A DNA stretch of 64,000 nucleotides. Source: an uncultured Dehalococcoidia bacterium (GTDB taxonomy: Bacteria; Chloroflexota; Dehalococcoidia; Lucifugimonadales; UBA826). The position numbers and the translations under genes were made by a program. Under the pieces are notes generated by a model. It searched no databases. It saw only the letters and a program-made list of their open reading frames with translations, and was not told the DNA's origin. The stretch's first letter is position 1, and the number at the start of each line of letters is the position of its first letter. Positions 38,153-47,927 of the stretch are shown one piece after another. The stretch covers positions 51,735 to 115,734 of the forward strand of contig CAZCOH010000002.1 of assembly GCA_964500645.1 (NCBI GenBank), in the 5' to 3' direction.

Positions 38153-40727
38153 TTCCTAGAAGTTTTTTAGAAATAGAGCCACTTTGTTTCATAGAAGAGA
38201 TAGTTTCTTCGTCGTATCCTAGGCCTTTCAGGATTTCTTCATTATGTTCTCCAAATAACGGACTGGATATAGAAGGAAGACTAGTACGGTTAGAAAATCT
38301 CCAGGTTGGCCTAACTGTTCTATGAGTACCTACAATAGAGTGAGTCACAGAGATAAAAACGTTTCTTTCTTTGATGTGATCATCATCTAGAAGAGAAGCA
38401 GCTGTTGCCACTGATGATGCTGTGATTTGTTTTGACTGAAGTAAGTTCTCTAATTCGTCAGCATCTTTCTCGCGGGTCCATTCTGATATCACTTTATCTA
38501 TCTGTTCCGTATATTTTAGTCTGCCCTGCAAAGTCGAATATTCCCGGTTATAGAGTCTGGGATCTTCTACGATTTTTTGTAGGGCTTCCCACTCTTTGTT
38601 ACTTTGACAATCAATGGCGATCCATCTATCAGACACTTCACCTACGGGATTTCTGTCAGGCCCTAGAACTATTCTTGGTTTATCGTCTGTCTTGCATGGG
38701 TATATATTATGAGGAATAGAAGAATTGGAACTGTTGCCTAGCCTTAATTCCATGGGAAATCCTAATGATTCCGCTATAAAAAATTCTCCAACAAGGCCAG
38801 TGACTCCATCTCTTTGAGGCAGGACACAATAGCATCCGTAGCCTGTTTTCTCTCTTCTTAACAGCGCGGCGGCAATAGCAGCAGCACATGTGGCCCCTGC
38901 GATAGGATCGCCATAGGAAATTCCTGTTTTGTGTGGTTCTCCTCCCTTATATCCTTGTAGTGCGACAAGCCCTCCCATTTGCTCTATAGTTGGGCCAAAT
39001 CCCACCATGGATGAATCTGAACCCTCGTGACCAAAACCTGGCATGGTGACGTATATGATTTTGGGATTAATGGCTCTTATGTCTTGATAACCTAAAGCGT
39101 TTCGATCAGCCACCCCGGAAGACCAATTTTCAAGGAAGACATCTGAGGTGGCTATTAGCTTTTTCAGTGCTTCTAGGCCACTTTTTTGTTTTATATCGAC
39201 GGCGAACCCTCTCTTACCCCGGTTATATTCACTAAAGTATGCGGATATGTTTATGTCTGGTTCCCCAGCACGATGTTGTCTTGTGGCGGTTCTGATGGGG
39301 TCGGGAAAAGTAGGCCCTTCTACCTTTATAACATCCGCGCCCATATCCGCGAGGAACCGGGCAGCGTAGGGGCCAGACCAGACTTGAGTCATGTCAATAA
39401 CTCGAAGGCCCTTAAAAGGAGGGGCATATGGGTCCTCACATTCTGTTGATTCCGTAATATTGGTTGTATTTTTAGGAGTTTTAGATTGGCTACGTAATGT
39501 TTCAAGTACTTCTTTTGTGTGTTGTCCTAAGGTTGGCGCAGGCCTAAACACCCCTTTATCTGGAAGTGCTTTTTTTCCTCCTTTATCAGGGCTAAACCAT
39601 ATTGGTCCAGACGGGACGGGGTGATCACCTAATACTGGATGAGTAACTTTCTGCCAGAATTCTATTTCTTGATAGTGGCGCCAATTTAAAAGGTCTCTAG
39701 GTTCTGGGATCATGGCAAACGGAGCGCGGTAAGAATTTGCTACTTCAAAAATCTCCTCAGCGTTATGTTCTAAAGTAAATAATGGTACTAAATGTCTTAA
39801 TAAATCGTCAGCTTCTTGACTCCAAGTATTGTCTTTGAAAAGAGGATCATCTTTTAATGTTGAGGCGTTTATTGTGTCCAAAACAGAGTGGGTTTGACGA
39901 GGCATGGATGCAACACCGATCCATCCATTTTTGCAAGGGTGGACGCCCCATAAGGCCCTTGGATTGTTGCCTCCTCTCGGTTGTTCAGATCCATACCAAA
40001 GGGCGGCTGGGCCTGCCCCTTCAAGGGTGGCGGCCTGAACTTCTTGTAAAGATATGTCAAGAATATCTCCTTTACCGGTTCTCTCGGCTGCGAATAAAGC
40101 GGTTAATGTACCACCGAGTGCGTGAAGACTTCCTTGTATGTGTGCCTGATGTCCTGCCGTCATAAGTGGTTCCCTGTCCGGGTCACCTGTTAGGTACATC
40201 TGGCCACCAGATGCAAAACTTGTCATTGCACTGGTTTTCCATAAGGATTTAGGTCCAGTTTGTCCGTAGGGAGATATCCTTGTGACACACAGTGATGGTT
40301 TGATATTCGAAAGCTCTTCAAGATCTATGCCGAATTCTGTCAGATATCCTGGCTGGTAGCTATCAACTACGGCGTCTGAGCTGAGAACAAGATCCTTTAA
40401 TATACGAATATCCTTCGGTTGATTTAAGTCTAGGCGTACGGATTTTTTTCCTGTGCCCATGTATGCAAATAGGATACTTTTTTCAATATCATACTGTGAT
40501 GTTAAGGGGTTACCTCCATCTCCATAAGGAGGGAGTCGCCTGAGGATATTCCCCTCCGGTGGCTCAACGAGTATAACTTCGGCACCGTAGGCTGCCATCA
40601 ACCTTCCAACGTTGGCGGCAGCTACGTCGTTTCCAAATTCCACTATTCTCAAACCACTGAGAATTTGATCCAATGTTTTTGTCTCCCTCAAAAGTTTAAT
40701 TGAATATTGGCAGGACCCTGTCGGCAA
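38145..40727 (-). CDS. tandem fusion of two family III CoA-transferase modules
   Basis: 860 aa. Module 1 starts LSGLRIVEFGNDVAAANVGRLMAAYGAEVILVE and module 2 starts FKGLRVIDMTQVWSGPYAARFLADMGADVIKVE. Only module 2 has the GDxxxG active-site Asp (YGDPIAGATCAAAIAAALLRREKTGYG). An alternative TTG start at 40673 lies behind GAGGGAG. Confidence 0.85.
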   Translation of the reverse strand: MPTGSCQYSIKLLRETKTLDQILSGLRIVEFGNDVAAANVGRLMAAYGAEVILVEPPEGNILRRLPPYGDGGNPLTSQYDIEKSILFAYMGTGKKSVRLDLNQPKDIRILKDLVLSSDAVVDSYQPGYLTEFGIDLEELSNIKPSLCVTRISPYGQTGPKSLWKTSAMTSFASGGQMYLTGDPDREPLMTAGHQAHIQGSLHALGGTLTALFAAERTGKGDILDISLQEVQAATLEGAGPAALWYGSEQPRGGNNPRALWGVHPCKNGWIGVASMPRQTHSVLDTINASTLKDDPLFKDNTWSQEADDLLRHLVPLFTLEHNAEEIFEVANSYRAPFAMIPEPRDLLNWRHYQEIEFWQKVTHPVLGDHPVPSGPIWFSPDKGGKKALPDKGVFRPAPTLGQHTKEVLETLRSQSKTPKNTTNITESTECEDPYAPPFKGLRVIDMTQVWSGPYAARFLADMGADVIKVEGPTFPDPIRTATRQHRAGEPDINISAYFSEYNRGKRGFAVDIKQKSGLEALKKLIATSDVFLENWSSGVADRNALGYQDIRAINPKIIYVTMPGFGHEGSDSSMVGFGPTIEQMGGLVALQGYKGGEPHKTGISYGDPIAGATCAAAIAAALLRREKTGYGCYCVLPQRDGVTGLVGEFFIAESLGFPMELRLGNSSNSSIPHNIYPCKTDDKPRIVLGPDRNPVGEVSDRWIAIDCQSNKEWEALQKIVEDPRLYNREYSTLQGRLKYTEQIDKVISEWTREKDADELENLLQSKQITASSVATAASLLDDDHIKERNVFISVTHSIVGTHRTVRPTWRFSNRTSLPSISSPLFGEHNEEILKGLGYDEETISSMKQSGSISKKLLGTR

Positions 40728-41748
40728 ATAATTTCATGGAGTTTTGAACTTCTTCAGTGGTAAGGCGACCTCGTCTATTAAATTCAAGAATACATTGATC
40801 CAGTATCGGTACTCGTTTTTCAATTTCTCTTAGTCTTTCCACACATCCCTCGGGGCTGTCGTAGATGCAATGTTTGGTGGCTGACTCGAAATCCCAAGTT
40901 CCCCATCCCCCCTCTCCGGAAGAAAAGTCATGTCTTCCTCCTCCAATAGCAGTGTTGTGTACAGGTGGGCCATCAGATATAACATCGGATTTAAGCCAAT
41001 TCCTCGACATTATTTCATGTGCTTTTTCTTTTGTTTCGGCAACGAAAAAAGAAATTGCGAGATGAAATGGTTGAGGTTTTAAATAATCGTTGTTGGAATA
41101 TATAGTGGAAAAAGTTTCAGAGTGTTTTTCTATATTTGATAATGGTTGGCTCAGCGTGGTGCCTATTACTCCCAAATTTTGTTGCGCCGCGAAGGCGAAG
41201 CTTCCGTCGCTATTGGCAGCCATTAGCAATGAAGGTCCTTCACTTTGAATTGGTTTTGGCAGTACAGGGACATCTTGGAATTTCCAAAACTCGCCGTTAA
41301 AGTCTAATCTGTCGGTTTTCCAGGCTCTACGGAGTATATTTGTGAATTCCCTTACCATGCTTCTGCTTTGATCAGAACTGATTTGGTCGGATACTCCCAT
41401 GACGTTACTAGATGCCCCCCCGTACCTTCCACCTAGGCATAAATCTAATCTGCCCTTCGTCATGATGTCACATGTAGCGGCTGATGTAGCGTACTCAATG
41501 GGGTGATGCATTGGTACCTGTGTTGCTAGGGTTCCAAATCTAATTTTGGAAGTGTGTTGGGCGGCCGCAGATATGACAAATAAAGGTTGTGACATTGGCC
41601 TGGTTGGGTAGAACGGAGATTCTGCTAACCAAGCTTCGTAAAAACCGAGTTCTTCGCCAAGTATGATCTCTTCCACTGTTTCCCAGTGACGCATAGACAC
41701 GGCAGATTTTTCGTGGCCTGGAACTTGCCAGAACAAGCCGAATTTCAT
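40696..41748 (-). CDS. luciferase-like monooxygenase (LLM) family flavin/F420-dependent oxidoreductase
   Basis: MKFGLFWQVP...LGFYEAWLAE N-terminus typical of LLM TIM-barrels; 350 aa. Confidence 0.8.
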   Translation of the reverse strand: MKFGLFWQVPGHEKSAVSMRHWETVEEIILGEELGFYEAWLAESPFYPTRPMSQPLFVISAAAQHTSKIRFGTLATQVPMHHPIEYATSAATCDIMTKGRLDLCLGGRYGGASSNVMGVSDQISSDQSRSMVREFTNILRRAWKTDRLDFNGEFWKFQDVPVLPKPIQSEGPSLLMAANSDGSFAFAAQQNLGVIGTTLSQPLSNIEKHSETFSTIYSNNDYLKPQPFHLAISFFVAETKEKAHEIMSRNWLKSDVISDGPPVHNTAIGGGRHDFSSGEGGWGTWDFESATKHCIYDSPEGCVERLREIEKRVPILDQCILEFNRRGRLTTEEVQNSMKLFADRVLPIFN

Positions 41749-41812
41749 ATACCTTTACCTTCTCCGTAAGATGTCTACATACGAAACTTAGATTTGGAGA
41801 ATACTACAGTAA

Positions 41813-43129
41813 CTATCTTTTGTTTTCAGTTCGGCCTGTAAAGGATCTTTTGTTTCTGGTTCCTCGAAATTTAGATTTGCTCCACGGTCTTCCGGATTTA
41901 TTGTTGTGATCTGAAGTTGGCTTAGATCCGTTTCTGTGCCCTCTCTCCTGTCTTGGGCCTCTTGATGATTTATGACGATCTAATGTGGGAGTAAATCCTC
42001 CGTAGTCAAAATCTTCTATAGTTCTGCGTTCAATTTCTGAACCCAGGACCTTTTCAACTTTCTTTATAAGTTGCTCGTCTTCGTGAGTTGAAAAAGTGAA
42101 AGCTTCTCCAATATTTTCCGCTCTACCGGTTCTTCCTATCCTGTGGATGTAGGTATCCACAGTATTTGGCATGTCGAAGTTAATGACATGGGTTACATCA
42201 GATACATCTATCCCTCTCGAAGCGATGTCAGTAGCTACGAGGATGTCATATTTACCTTTCCTGAACCCCGATATAGCTTGTTGTCTCTTGTTTTGGGACA
42301 TATTTCCCTGTAACGGAGCTACTTTAAATCCATCATTTTCAAGGTCGCTGGCAAGAAATCGAGCTCTTCGTTTTGTTCTCGTAAAAATCATGACCTGCCC
42401 TGTTGCGGTTTGTTTCAACAAATGCATGATCATACGCTTTTTCATTTTGTCAGTGGTTGGATAGAGAGCGTGTTTGACGGTTTTTGCTGGAGCTATGATT
42501 CCTATCTGGACAGATTTAGGAGAGTTCAAGATGTCAGATGCTAGTGTTTTTATTGGTGGCGGCATGGTTGCTGCAAAAAACATGGTCTGTCTTTCGGTTG
42601 GAAGATGAGAAAGTATGCTGCGTATGTCTGGGAGGAATCCCATGTCGAACATGGTATCTGCTTCGTCGATCACTAACATTTCTATTTTAGAAAGAGTTAT
42701 GGTTTTTTCTCTTATGTGGTCCAATAGCCTTCCTGGACAAGCAATTACAATATCTACTCCTTTAGATAGAACTTCATTTTGAGGATTTTTGTTTACACCT
42801 CCATATATAGTTGTACTTTTCAGACCTGTTTTCATTCCCAGTTGTTGTATCGACTGATTTATTTGATCTGCTAGCTCTCTGGTAGGTGCGATAATCAAAG
42901 ATCTGGGATGTTGTTTTTTTTGCCCAACATGGCTTGATAAAAGTTTTTCAAGGATGGGCAGGGCAAACGCAGCTGTTTTTCCGGTTCCGGTTTGTGCAAG
43001 CCCTAATATGTCGTTCCCTTCTAGTGCGAGTGGAATCGACTTCTCTTGAATAGGAGTAGTTTCCGCATACCCCGTTTTTTGGATTCCATATAGAATCGTC
43101 TTCGATAGGTTTAGTTGTTCGAATTTCAG
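41813..43129 (-). CDS. DEAD-box ATP-dependent RNA helicase (RhlE-like) with basic C-terminal tail; proposed CTG start
   Basis: The track ORF starts at an internal TTG (42898). The frame stays open upstream to 43156 and encodes the Q motif (GYAETTPIQ) and Walker A (AQTGTGKTAAF) with no ATG, GTG or TTG. A CTG at 43129 lies 6 nt after GGAGGA and gives MKFEQLNL... The DEAD box is VIDEAD, followed by SAT-like and HRIGRTGR motifs. Confidence 0.8.
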   Translation of the reverse strand: MKFEQLNLSKTILYGIQKTGYAETTPIQEKSIPLALEGNDILGLAQTGTGKTAAFALPILEKLLSSHVGQKKQHPRSLIIAPTRELADQINQSIQQLGMKTGLKSTTIYGGVNKNPQNEVLSKGVDIVIACPGRLLDHIREKTITLSKIEMLVIDEADTMFDMGFLPDIRSILSHLPTERQTMFFAATMPPPIKTLASDILNSPKSVQIGIIAPAKTVKHALYPTTDKMKKRMIMHLLKQTATGQVMIFTRTKRRARFLASDLENDGFKVAPLQGNMSQNKRQQAISGFRKGKYDILVATDIASRGIDVSDVTHVINFDMPNTVDTYIHRIGRTGRAENIGEAFTFSTHEDEQLIKKVEKVLGSEIERRTIEDFDYGGFTPTLDRHKSSRGPRQERGHRNGSKPTSDHNNKSGRPWSKSKFRGTRNKRSFTGRTENKR

Positions 43130-43367
43130 AACGTGTCCTCCAAGAATTACTATGGATTAAATTCAGTATATTGAAATTGATATTCAGTGTACCGAATAGT
43201 GAAATTCTGGAGACCCAAATGGGTAAATAGAGTAGATTAGACGACCCGGCATAACAATTATACAGTTCATTTTAGTTTTCACAGGGATTTAGGGGACCGA
43301 TCAATGATCCGATTTTGTAGTAATTTACATTGTGGGACCGTTTTTAGAGCATGTTTCGGAGGAAAAT

Positions 43368-44228
43368 ATGAAGATAGGATTACATTCTGCATTTAATTCT
43401 AATTCCGTAGATTTAGCTGACTTCTCTTCAACTGCAGAGGAAATAGGGTTCGAATCTATTTGGTTACCTGAACATGTCGTCATACCTGTGAATCCTTCTG
43501 TTGGCCCTGGTGGTGTCGTGGGTGCTCCAATCCCCGATTCTTATCTAAGGATGGTGGATCCTTTGATTGGCTTGAGTATCGTGGCGGCAGTAACAGAAAA
43601 AATGATGTTAGGAACAGGGGTTTGTTTGGTTCCTGAACATCACCCAATTGATCTAGCAAAAAAGATTTCAACCCTGGATTTATATTCGAAGGGAAGATTC
43701 TTATTTGGTATTGGTGCCGGTTGGCAACCCGAGGAAACTAAGGCGTTGGGTGGAGATTTTCCTCGTCGATGGACACAAACTACGGAGTCTATTGAAGTCA
43801 TGAAGAAAATGTGGACGGAGGACCAACCAGAATACCAAGGGAATTACTATAGTTTCCCACCTTTAAGATTTGATCCAAAACCTGTCTCTTCGCCCCATCC
43901 TCCTATTATATTGGGTAGTCGTGGACCGAGAGTCTTTCAGAGAACAGCCTTGTGGGGAGATGGGTGGGCTCCGTTTAAAGTTTCTACAGACGCTATATCT
44001 GATGGGCGGAAAAATTTGACACTAGAATGCCAGAAGATAGGGAGAGATCCTTCAGAAATAGAGATAACGGTTTTCGTTGATCCGGTAAACGAAGATGAAA
44101 TAGAGATGCAGGCCCGAAATTATTTTGAAGCAGGTGCAAATAGAGTTGTATTTATTGTGGACTCATCTCCGCATAAAGACCCGTTGGAGGTCATACGAAA
44201 TATAGCTGTTTCAACAAAAATCCAGTGA
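43368..44228 (+). CDS. LLM-class F420-dependent oxidoreductase
   Basis: MKIGLHSAF...IGFESIWLPEH; about 287 aa. ATG 43368 follows GGAGGA, and I prefer it to the track's GTG at 43332. Confidence 0.8.
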   Translation: MKIGLHSAFNSNSVDLADFSSTAEEIGFESIWLPEHVVIPVNPSVGPGGVVGAPIPDSYLRMVDPLIGLSIVAAVTEKMMLGTGVCLVPEHHPIDLAKKISTLDLYSKGRFLFGIGAGWQPEETKALGGDFPRRWTQTTESIEVMKKMWTEDQPEYQGNYYSFPPLRFDPKPVSSPHPPIILGSRGPRVFQRTALWGDGWAPFKVSTDAISDGRKNLTLECQKIGRDPSEIEITVFVDPVNEDEIEMQARNYFEAGANRVVFIVDSSPHKDPLEVIRNIAVSTKIQ

Positions 44229-44233
44229 CCGTG

Positions 44234-45652
44234 CTATGGACTTCTAGATCTTCTTCCGTTTAGTAATAGCCCGATTGGCGTGTATCTAACCAGACATCTG
44301 TAAGTCACCAGACACACCACCATGGTAAAGATGCAAGATATCAAGAATTTTGATTCTGCATTCCATTCAATCCCGGTCAATTTCTTCAACCACTGATTTC
44401 TATCCATGTGACCTAAATAAAAGGTTGTCAGCGATACTAGTGGCAGGTGGATGATATAGATCCAGTATGAGGAATCGGAAAGCCATCGCACCCATTTCCT
44501 TGAGCTATTCATCGAGGCTTCGAAAACTCCTATTAATGCAAGTGTAATTAATACTGCTGAGGACCCGTAACAAATCAAATTCAGAAATTCAAAAAGTTGA
44601 ATTGAGGCCAGATCGTTTCTTAAGTTGAGTGAATCCATAATGGTAACGCAAACTAAGTGAGAAACGTAAAAGATGAAGGCACTCAGGCATAAGAGTACTA
44701 AATAGGAGGACCCTTTTAGACGATCAATCAAACTCCTATTTGCCCAGAGTCCGTATCCATAGAGGAAGAAAAGGGATGAATATAAAAAGTCGGGCGCGTT
44801 TATTGGCCAAATAGGTTTTGATTCGTTACCTGCTCTAAATCCCAGAATCAAACAAGCAGCTATTACAAATAAGATGGGAATCCTAGAATAGATTGTTTTT
44901 GTAAATATGATACCCAGTCTGGATAGGAATAGAAATTTTATGAGACTAGTCAAAGTGATAGTAACGGTTATGAAACTTGCTATAAGAAATCCAAAAATAA
45001 TCAGTCCGATTGCGCTTAGAGCACTAACACCGTTGAATGGACCGAAGCCGTACACGTAGACCAACAATAATAAGAAGCCTATCCATGTAAAAAGTAACAG
45101 GCTAAGTGAATATTTCGATTTAGTGAAAAAACAGATGATGCCTAGGCTAAAGTACATAATTGATAGGTAATAGAGAAACCATAGATGCCCTATAAGTTCC
45201 CCACTTGAACCTAAGTCATTTGTATTTTGAATAACCTCTTGAACTAATCTGAACGAAAAATATCCTTTCCAGCCGTATAGCCAAATTGTCGGTAATAAAA
45301 GTGCCATAATCGGACCAAAAATCAGGAGCGGAAGGAGTATTCTTTTTAATCTGTCACGGAAAAAATAAAAAAAGTGTCTGCGCTCAATTACCATATGAGC
45401 GAAGAATCCTGCCAGGAGAAAAAAAGTCGGCATTCGCCAAGTGTGTATAAAATCAAACAATAATGCCAAATTAAGAGATTGGTCACTGTCTGTTGGCCAG
45501 ATTGATTCCATGCTGAAAAGTTGTGAAAAATAGGTGATTGAGCCGTGAAGAAGAATCCCCGAGAACATGGCCATTGCTCGCAAAGCATCTAATCCGTTAT
45601 ACCTTTTGTTTTCAAGTAAGTCGGATTCTTTCACATTGATACCTTCCAACAC
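44234..45652 (-). CDS. acyltransferase family 3 integral membrane protein
   Basis: NGLDALRAMAMFSGILLHG N-terminal motif and about 10 TM segments. Confidence 0.75.
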   Translation of the reverse strand: MLEGINVKESDLLENKRYNGLDALRAMAMFSGILLHGSITYFSQLFSMESIWPTDSDQSLNLALLFDFIHTWRMPTFFLLAGFFAHMVIERRHFFYFFRDRLKRILLPLLIFGPIMALLLPTIWLYGWKGYFSFRLVQEVIQNTNDLGSSGELIGHLWFLYYLSIMYFSLGIICFFTKSKYSLSLLLFTWIGFLLLLVYVYGFGPFNGVSALSAIGLIIFGFLIASFITVTITLTSLIKFLFLSRLGIIFTKTIYSRIPILFVIAACLILGFRAGNESKPIWPINAPDFLYSSLFFLYGYGLWANRSLIDRLKGSSYLVLLCLSAFIFYVSHLVCVTIMDSLNLRNDLASIQLFEFLNLICYGSSAVLITLALIGVFEASMNSSRKWVRWLSDSSYWIYIIHLPLVSLTTFYLGHMDRNQWLKKLTGIEWNAESKFLISCIFTMVVCLVTYRCLVRYTPIGLLLNGRRSRSP

Positions 45653-45832
45653 GTTAATGGCATTAACTTACTTCTGATGATGGTGCTGTTGTTACTTTTA
45701 GTTTCCACTGTTGAAAAGCATTTTGCGAAGAAGATATATTCTTATCTTCCGTCAGTATAGAAATTGTTACAAGAAGGTTTTATAGAATTTTGTACTGGCG
45801 TGAATCATTTTTATGTTTGTTGAATGTAGTGT

Positions 45833-46840
45833 ATGGAGGGTAGGAAATTGGATTATAGGAAATTTGGAAAAACCGACCTTGATATTTCCGTTTTGGGATT
45901 TGGTTGTGGTGCTGTTGGTGGGTTGATGGTTCGGGGAGAACACAAAGATATGTTAAAAACCGTGGAATTTGCTTTGCAAGCGGGGATTAATTATTTTGAC
46001 ACGGCCCGAGCCTACGGTGATGGTCTTTCTGAAATTCATTTGGGCGCGCTTTTGCGAGAATTAGGTAGTCCTAATGTAATTATAGGAACCAAAATCAAAT
46101 TGAATAAAGAACACTCCGGATCGATACAAAATAATGTGTTAGACCAAATAAACAATAGCCTTAACAGGCTCGGTTCCGAATCCGTAGATATTGTTTATAC
46201 TCACAATCGTATTACACATAACTCATTATCAAATAGCGGAGATCTTAATCAATCAGACATGGAAGATGTGGTCATAGCTTTTGAGAAGGCTGTTTCTGAA
46301 GGCAAAATTAGATACTGGGGGTTTAATGGGTTAGGGCATACGTCGCCTGTGACAGATACGATTGAACAGTTCCACCCATCTGGGATCCATACTTGCTACA
46401 ATCTACTGAATCCTTCAGCTGGCGAGCCTGTAAGCCCGCAATTTCCCTACCAAGACTATGATTCGTTGATTGGCAAGTGTAATTTGTCTGGAGTTGGCAC
46501 TGTAGCGATTCGTATACTCGCCGGAGGTGCACTTACTGGTTCATCTGCACGACATCCTATTTCCGCTCAGGAGGTGGCTCCTATATCGACCGGACAATCG
46601 ATGAATGACGATGTAAACCAGTCTCTCAACTATTCTTTTTTAGTTGATGAGGGATATGTCGATAGCTTGTCCGAAGCGGCTATTCGGTTTTCAGTAACCA
46701 ATAAGAAAATAGATACGGCTTTAATAGGGCTGTCTAATTTGAATCATCTAGAACACGCGGTTAAAGCCGTAGAAAAAGGTCCTCTCGAGGAGGAGGTCCT
46801 AGGAAAAATAGCTACAGCACGAAAAGAGTTCTTTTCCTAA
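45833..46840 (+). CDS. aldo/keto reductase
   Basis: GKTDLDISVLGFGCGAVGG and FDTARAYGDGLSE motifs. Confidence 0.85.
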   Translation: MEGRKLDYRKFGKTDLDISVLGFGCGAVGGLMVRGEHKDMLKTVEFALQAGINYFDTARAYGDGLSEIHLGALLRELGSPNVIIGTKIKLNKEHSGSIQNNVLDQINNSLNRLGSESVDIVYTHNRITHNSLSNSGDLNQSDMEDVVIAFEKAVSEGKIRYWGFNGLGHTSPVTDTIEQFHPSGIHTCYNLLNPSAGEPVSPQFPYQDYDSLIGKCNLSGVGTVAIRILAGGALTGSSARHPISAQEVAPISTGQSMNDDVNQSLNYSFLVDEGYVDSLSEAAIRFSVTNKKIDTALIGLSNLNHLEHAVKAVEKGPLEEEVLGKIATARKEFFS

Positions 46841-46844
46841 GCCA

Positions 46845-47882
46845 ATGGTATCAAGGTCAGATTCATTACGTGATAAATTTGAAGATTTTGCCAATGAGTG
46901 CAAAATCTTGTTTGCACCGATGTACCAGTATTTTTCAGAGCGTGTTGCCGGGGACGAAGATCTTAAATCAATTTGTTTAGCAGTAGAGAAGGGTCAGCCT
47001 GTACCGAACCTTTTTTTTGCCGCAATAAGATTTCATCTACTTACTGGATTTGAACATTCGCTCGGAGATATATATCAAAAGATTCAAAACGGTCAGCCAG
47101 TCGATTATGAGTATGCCTATAGGCAGTTGCACTCTTTTTGTCTCGACAATGCGGGTTTGATCAGACAAACCATAAGCGAAAAACTTGTTCAAACTAATGT
47201 TCCTGCTAGATGTTCGTATCTAATGCCGGCTTTCTCAAAAATGTGCGAAAGATTCAATATCGTGAACTTCCATGTAGTAGAAATTGGGGCTAGTGCTGGA
47301 CTTAATTTGCTTTGGGATCATTATTACTACGACTACTCTGTTGAAACGCATGGAGATCCTTCCTCGCCGGTACATATTAAAAGCACTTTTAGAGGGGAAA
47401 GTCCACTGGCTGGAAGATCCCATAAATATCAGGTAGCTAGCAGAACTGGGATAGATTTAAATCCAATAAATTTATCAAACGCAAAAGACCTGTTGTGGTT
47501 GCGTTCTCTTGTGTGGCCCGAACGTATTGAGGAAGAAAAAGTTTTATTGAGTGCGGTGGATTATGCACTAAACAGTAATTTATATGAAGTCAGAAAAGGT
47601 AATGCCATTTCATTACTTCCTAAGTTGTTAAATGATATTCCGTCACAATCTGATGTTTGCCTATTTGATACCCATGTAATGAATCAAATTTCGATGGGTG
47701 GTCGTGCCGAGTTAGATCAAATTATTCTCGCTGAAAGCAAGCAAAGGGATATATATAGAATTTCCGTTGGTGGTTTGAGTATCCCGGCAGAGATTAGGCT
47801 CACCGTAGCAAAGTCTGGAAAAACATACCAAATTTTAATGGGATACAGTGATGCACATGGGTTATGGTCGGAGTGGATTTAA
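46845..47882 (+). CDS. conserved hypothetical protein (DUF2332-like, from memory)
   Basis: 345-aa ORF starting 4 nt after the AKR stop. The N-terminal region (FAPMYQYFSERVAGDEDL...PNLFFAAIRFHLL) recalls DUF2332. Unverified. Confidence 0.45.
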   Translation: MVSRSDSLRDKFEDFANECKILFAPMYQYFSERVAGDEDLKSICLAVEKGQPVPNLFFAAIRFHLLTGFEHSLGDIYQKIQNGQPVDYEYAYRQLHSFCLDNAGLIRQTISEKLVQTNVPARCSYLMPAFSKMCERFNIVNFHVVEIGASAGLNLLWDHYYYDYSVETHGDPSSPVHIKSTFRGESPLAGRSHKYQVASRTGIDLNPINLSNAKDLLWLRSLVWPERIEEEKVLLSAVDYALNSNLYEVRKGNAISLLPKLLNDIPSQSDVCLFDTHVMNQISMGGRAELDQIILAESKQRDIYRISVGGLSIPAEIRLTVAKSGKTYQILMGYSDAHGLWSEWI

Positions 47883-47927
47883 AAATTTGGTCATTATTTA
47901 TTAGGTGGATTTCGATAGGGGGACAAA

